Below, in pieces: positions 30,986-35,615 of a stretch of DNA of 35,615 nt (the first letter of the stretch is position 1; every line of letters begins with the position of its first letter). Made by a program: the position numbers and the translations under genes. Under the pieces are notes generated by a model. The model did no database searches. It was not told where the DNA came from and worked only from the letters and a program-made list of their open reading frames with translations. The DNA is from Hyphomicrobiales bacterium (GTDB taxonomy: Bacteria; Pseudomonadota; Alphaproteobacteria; Rhizobiales; Rhizobiaceae), in contig JAALLB010000001.1 in NCBI GenBank assembly GCA_011087745.1, positions 1 through 35,615 of the forward strand. The letters run 5' to 3'.

Positions 30986-31034
30986 TTATTAACTCCGTAG
31001 GCTAGCTAATTTCTTTGCCCAATGTTGAGCTTTT

Positions 31035-31490
31035 TCACGTAACATGCAAGCCAGCATTTTGAATAAGCCACGCAAAAACAATTCGCACTGCTTGGTTTTC
31101 ATGACGAATTGGAACTTCAACGAGCGGAAGATGCAGTCCTTCAACCTCAGAAAGTTTTTGCCCAGGCATTCTTTCAATGTTCTCATCCTTGACGAGTTCC
31201 ACGACGAGATTGATTGTGGTTCTGTCTTTATTTGGAAGAGTAATGATACCGTGGCCGCGAATTTCTACTGAGCCAGCAATTGTTGGTGGAGTTTCAGCTA
31301 CCAACTCGCTTGCTGATGTTTTCAGATAAACCCTATCATCTGCAATTAAAAAAGCTTCTTTGTTTTCCTGTTGTGCTCGCTCCAGGAGACCCATCAGCAA
31401 GGATGTCTTGCCGCTTCCAGATAATCCTCTTATCAGAATTCCAATTCGGTCTATTTCCAGTGCACATGCGTGGTGAGTTTTGCCCGCCAT
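31035..31490 (-). CDS. hprK: HPr kinase/phosphorylase, short alphaproteobacterial form
   Basis: GLSGSGKTS, LIADDRV, VEIRGHGI. Confidence 0.9.
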   Translation of the reverse strand: MAGKTHHACALEIDRIGILIRGLSGSGKTSLLMGLLERAQQENKEAFLIADDRVYLKTSASELVAETPPTIAGSVEIRGHGIITLPNKDRTTINLVVELVKDENIERMPGQKLSEVEGLHLPLVEVPIRHENQAVRIVFAWLIQNAGLHVT

Positions 31491-31505
31491 CTAGAGCCTT
31501 ACACT

Positions 31506-33449
31506 TTACTTTTGTTCACGAGGTTTAATTTTCCTCGTCGCATCAGCTGGCAACATAACAATAAATCTTGCGCCGCTATTTCCATCGCGCCTGTTTTCTG
31601 CGCGAATTTTGCCACCATGAGCTTCAACAATAAGACGGCTGATTGATAAGCCAAGACCGGAATTTTGGCCAAAGCCATCAGTTTCGACTCTATCAGTATA
31701 AAAGCGTTCAAAGACACGGTCGAGGTTTTCTGCCTGAATTCCTGGCCCATTATCCTCGATTATCATAATGATCGTATTTTTGTTGCGTGCTAGCCCAATC
31801 GATACTTTACCGCCAATTTCAGGAACAAAGGATACGGCATTATCAATTAGATTGTTAATGACTTGCCCCAGGCTAATATCATGTCCAGCAACCAAAAAAG
31901 CTCCATCTGGAGATTTGGCTTTATGAATAGTAAGAACAATTTCAGCCTGTTTCCTGCGCCGTATTTCCCGGCTGGCAGATACAATGTTTTCCAGGAGCTC
32001 TCTTAAATTAACTTGTCGAGCATCATCTCTCGCCAAATCCGCATCTAACCTGGACGCATCTGAAATATCGGTAATCAGGCGATCCAAACGCCGAACATCA
32101 TGTTGAATAACGTCCATAAGTCTTTTTTTGGATTCTTCAGTTTTGGCAAGGGGTAGAGTCTCAACAGCACTTCTGAGTGAAGTGAGTGGGTTTTTGAGTT
32201 CATGGCTCACATCAGCAGCAAAACTCTCAATTGCCTCTATCCGTTGATAGAGCGAATTTGTCATTTCGCTGATGGAAGTGGACAAATTGCCAACTTCATC
32301 TTGACGATGGGAGAAGTCCGGAATTTCAACACGAGATTTGACGCCGCGCTTAACCCGGATTGCCGCCTCGGAAAGTTTTCGCAGCGGCGTTGCAACCGTG
32401 CTAGCAAGCAGCGCCGAAAGAACCAGGATTACAATTGAAGCAACCAAAAATATTCGTAAAATTGCAACCCGCTCTTCGCGAACAATCCTGTCGATGTCAT
32501 CACCTTCCGTTGAAAGAAGTAAAACACCAAGTACTGCCCTAAATCGTTGAACAGGAATTGCAACTGAAACAGTTAGTTTGCTCGCCTCTGTTTGGCGTAC
32601 GATGTGCCGTGGTGCACCCGTAAGAGCAGATTGCACTTCCTCATACTGTTTTCCTGAGCCATCGAGCTCTTTGTAAATTGGATTGCTGTGACTTTGAAGA
32701 AGCTTGTTTAAAGTATCGCCAATGGTTTCAACCCAACCAATTCTTCTTTCCGCGCCACTAACTGGCGGAAGGTTAAATTGTTTGATCTGGCCTCCTGCAT
32801 ACAAATAACGAGAGTCCAGTATTATTGCTCCATCAGAATCGTAGATACGCGCTCTGGTTTGGGTTGGTTTTATCAATTGCCGTAGAACTGGTGCGACTTG
32901 TTCTGGGTTAATAGGATAGGCAAAATTGTCCAATGGCTCCAAACGTGGCTGAAGGCTTTCACCGGCTTTCAATTGCCATAACTTATCCGGGTCAATTGTA
33001 ATTGCATCAGGGGTCGCAGTAGCCGAACTTGCAATAGCGCTTGCGATAATTCGGCCCTGTGTCAGGAGACTTTCTGTCTTTGCATCAATCAACCCTTCGC
33101 GAAATTGGTTCATATATAGGATAGCGCTTAGAAAAATTGTCAGTGCGGTCAGATTTAAAAATAAAATGCGGCGCGTTAGCGATGAAAACAGGTTTTGTTT
33201 TACAACCTTGAAACTGCGGGAAAGTAAACCCTTGCGCTTGGGGGCCTCATCCTCGTCTCCATAGGTATAACTTGGAGGCGGGGCGTCACTTTCAGGCGGC
33301 CTCTCATCAGGTGCTTCAGAATTATTCTGTTTAACTAATCTCAGGTTGTTTTGAGTCGCATCAGCTTTCGGCAAAGAAGCAGCGTCAGGTGCAGAAGGTG
33401 TTCCTGCCTCATTGGCTGCTTTTTTGTTGATCTCAAGCTCGATGCTCAA
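31506..33449 (-). CDS. chvG: Sensor histidine kinase ChvG/ExoS/BvrS
   Basis: FSSLTRRILFLN, QFREGLIDA, ADVSHELKNPLTSLRSAVE, FGQNSGLGLSIS. Start uncertain. Confidence 0.95.
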   Translation of the reverse strand: MSIELEINKKAANEAGTPSAPDAASLPKADATQNNLRLVKQNNSEAPDERPPESDAPPPSYTYGDEDEAPKRKGLLSRSFKVVKQNLFSSLTRRILFLNLTALTIFLSAILYMNQFREGLIDAKTESLLTQGRIIASAIASSATATPDAITIDPDKLWQLKAGESLQPRLEPLDNFAYPINPEQVAPVLRQLIKPTQTRARIYDSDGAIILDSRYLYAGGQIKQFNLPPVSGAERRIGWVETIGDTLNKLLQSHSNPIYKELDGSGKQYEEVQSALTGAPRHIVRQTEASKLTVSVAIPVQRFRAVLGVLLLSTEGDDIDRIVREERVAILRIFLVASIVILVLSALLASTVATPLRKLSEAAIRVKRGVKSRVEIPDFSHRQDEVGNLSTSISEMTNSLYQRIEAIESFAADVSHELKNPLTSLRSAVETLPLAKTEESKKRLMDVIQHDVRRLDRLITDISDASRLDADLARDDARQVNLRELLENIVSASREIRRRKQAEIVLTIHKAKSPDGAFLVAGHDISLGQVINNLIDNAVSFVPEIGGKVSIGLARNKNTIIMIIEDNGPGIQAENLDRVFERFYTDRVETDGFGQNSGLGLSISRLIVEAHGGKIRAENRRDGNSGARFIVMLPADATRKIKPREQK

Positions 33450-33454
33450 ATATT

Positions 33455-34159
33455 TTACCCTTCACGAAATCTGTACCCAACACCATAAAGTGTTTCAATC
33501 ATATCAAAGTCGTCATCTTCAACCTTGAACTTCTTGCGAAGCCGTTTGATATGGCTATCAATGGTACGATCATCTACATATACCTGATCATCATAAGCTG
33601 CGTCCATTAATGAATCGCGGCTTTTTACAACGCCAGGCCGTTGAGCAAGCGCGTAAAGAATTAAAAACTCGGTTACAGTCAAAGTGACAGGCTTGCCATT
33701 CCATGTGCAGGTATGACGTTCCTGATCCATTACCAAAAGGCCACGTTCCAAAGTTTTGGCAGAAGCCTCTCCAGTCTTTGCTCCGCTTTCAGGAAGCGCT
33801 GAAACGCGCCTAAGAACGGCCTTTACACGCTCTACAAGCAAGCGTTGCGAAAAGGGTTTCTTGATGAAATCATCCGCACCCATCTTCAGGCCAAATAATT
33901 CGTCAATTTCTTCATCTTTTGAAGTCAGAAAAATTACCGGAAGATCAGAAGTTTGGCGAAGCCGGCGTAATAGTTCCATCCCATCCATACGCGGCATCTT
34001 GATATCAAAAATAGCAAGATCCGGGCGCTTCATGTTAAGACCGTCCAATGCTGAGCTACCATCTGTGTAGGTCTCAACTTTATAGCCTTCAGATTCAAGC
34101 GCAATTGATACTGATGTCAGAATATTACGATCATCGTCGACTAAAGCAATTGTTGGCAT
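33455..34159 (-). CDS. chvI: Response regulator ChvI/BvrR
   Basis: [42 protein letters not shown]. Confidence 0.97.
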   Translation of the reverse strand: MPTIALVDDDRNILTSVSIALESEGYKVETYTDGSSALDGLNMKRPDLAIFDIKMPRMDGMELLRRLRQTSDLPVIFLTSKDEEIDELFGLKMGADDFIKKPFSQRLLVERVKAVLRRVSALPESGAKTGEASAKTLERGLLVMDQERHTCTWNGKPVTLTVTEFLILYALAQRPGVVKSRDSLMDAAYDDQVYVDDRTIDSHIKRLRKKFKVEDDDFDMIETLYGVGYRFREG

Positions 34160-34451
34160 TTTAAAGGCACTCCCAAAGTATAAAATTTAACTATCAAATA
34201 AGGCAAACCTGCATTGGCGCTATAAAATTGGGCAAATTGTGGCAAGCCATTGTACCTAATCGACTGTGTTTTATACAAAATGGCTATAAACACATGGATG
34301 TGCAAGGGCAGCCAAGGGTTTTGTGCCTTATTAACTTCATTAAAGTCGTCCCCAAATTAGACGAAGTAATGAGTAGAAATTTTCCTGTTAAAGCTGTATG
34401 ACACGCCAACCCCATTTATATATGAGCGAATTTACCGAAAAGGGCTTAAAA

Positions 34452-35561
34452 GTGACTAATTTAACTGTTGATGCAATTTCAGCAAACCTAAATGAACTTG
34501 GCATTAAAAGCCTGGGAACTGTTTTAGCAAATCAACAAGCGTCTGAGCTTTATGAACTCTCATTGGCCCGTTCAGAGTCTAGACTGACAAACATGGGCGC
34601 CCTTTGCGTGGAAACTGGCTCACATACGGGGCGCTCGGCCCAGGATAAATTCGTGGTTGAAGATGATGTCACCGCAGATACGGTTTGGTGGGATAACAAC
34701 AAATCGATGTCGCCAGAACATTTTGCGACGTTAAAGGCTGATATGATGGCTCATGCCGAAGGTAGAGAGCTCTTTGTGCAAGATTTGCACGGTGGCGCAG
34801 ACCCGGTTTCCAAAATCAAGGTTCGCGTTGTCATGATGAAGGCATGGCAGCTCTTTTCATCAGGAACATGCTTATTCGCCCAAAGACAGCCGAACTTGAG
34901 GGTTTTAGCCCGGAATTCACAATTGTAGATTTGCCGGATTTTAAAGCAGACCCGGAACGTCATGGTTGCCGCTCTGAAACTGTCATTGCTTGTGACTTTA
35001 AAAACAAACTGGTTCTCATTGGCGGCACTTCTTACGCCGGTGAGATAAAAAATCTGTTTTCTCATACTTAAACTTCAAGCTGCCGGAATCCGGCGTCATG
35101 CCGATGCATTGCTCTGCAAACCACAATGACGAGTGTGAAAGCGCTGTATTTTTGGCCTTTCAGGAACTGGCAAGACCACTCTTTCAGCAGACCAGTCACG
35201 TACACTTATTGGAGATGATGAGCACGGCTGGAATGCGGATGGTATTTTTAACTTTGAGGGAGGCTGTTACGCAAAAACAATTCGCCTTTCAAAGGAGTCG
35301 GAGCCAGAGATCTACTCGACAACTCAGCGTTTTGGGACTGTACTGGAAAATGTAATTCTGGACGAAAATCGCAAACCGGATTTTGACGATGGATCGCTAA
35401 CTGAAAACACGCGCTGCGCCTATCCAATCGATTTCATTCCAAATGCATCACTAACAGGCACCGCTCCACAGCCGAAAAACATTATCATGCTAACCGCTGA
35501 CGCGTTTGGTGTTTTGCCTCCAATTGCAAAATTGATGCCTGCCCAAGCTATGTATCATTTT
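34452..35561 (+). pseudogene. pckA: PEP carboxykinase (ATP); three frameshifts and truncation by the terminal repeat
   Basis: TGRSAQDKF, then W(H)[11 protein letters not shown] across a -1 shift at ~34849, GE(M)[10 protein letters not shown] across a -1 shift at ~35046, and VF(F)[13 protein letters not shown] across a -1 shift at ~35150. Continues [28 protein letters not shown]...AMYHF and then enters the repeat. Probable GTG start at 34452. Confidence 0.92.
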
Positions 35562-35615
35562 GGTATTGCCAAGTTACCGAACGTTGAATGAGAAAGTGCG
35601 GTTAAGGGTTTTTTA
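35562..35615 (+). mobile_element. Terminal stub of a repeated element (IS/MITE-like end), right copy; interrupts pckA
   Basis: GGTATTGCCAAGTTACCGAACGTTGAATGAGAAAGTGCGGTTAAGGGTTTTTTA is the inverted counterpart of 1-55. It replaces the expected LSGYTAK after AMYHF and introduces TGA at 35588-35590. Confidence 0.75.

Noticed and set aside
31035..31490. Short HprK as a truncated pseudogene
   Set aside because: Alphaproteobacterial HprK normally lacks the N-terminal domain.
34844..35355. ORFs 34844-35071 and 35098-35355 as separate genes, or programmed frameshifting in pckA
   Set aside because: They are fragments of one pckA. Three unrelated deletions plus a truncation fit decay or error, not recoding.

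Overview
This is a 35.6 kb piece of core chromosome from an alphaproteobacterium of the Hyphomicrobiales (Rhizobiales), with GC in the mid-40s % by eye. Gene order: glcB', hsp20, DUF1150, hpf, rpoN, lptB, two lptA paralogs, lptC, nrnC/rnd, uppP, fzlA, queG (nonsense), SDR, trpFBA, accD, folC, trxA, addAB, murU, tsaE-amgK fusion, divL, ahcY, npr, manX, hprK, chvG, chvI, pckA'. The most striking feature is outside the ORF track. Both window ends carry the same ~55-bp non-host sequence in inverted orientation (1-55 and 35562-35615; first 38 bp identical, 50/54 overall). Each copy cuts a carbon-metabolism gene (glcB on the left, pckA on the right) in the middle of a conserved motif. Those two genes also carry 1-bp deletions, queG has a nonsense codon, and several conserved residues elsewhere appear substituted. 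The best reading is a genome in early decay with an expanding mobile element whose family I cannot identify. A linear molecule capped by inverted terminal repeats, or an assembly artefact, cannot be excluded. I found no rRNA, tRNA, CRISPR array or transposase.
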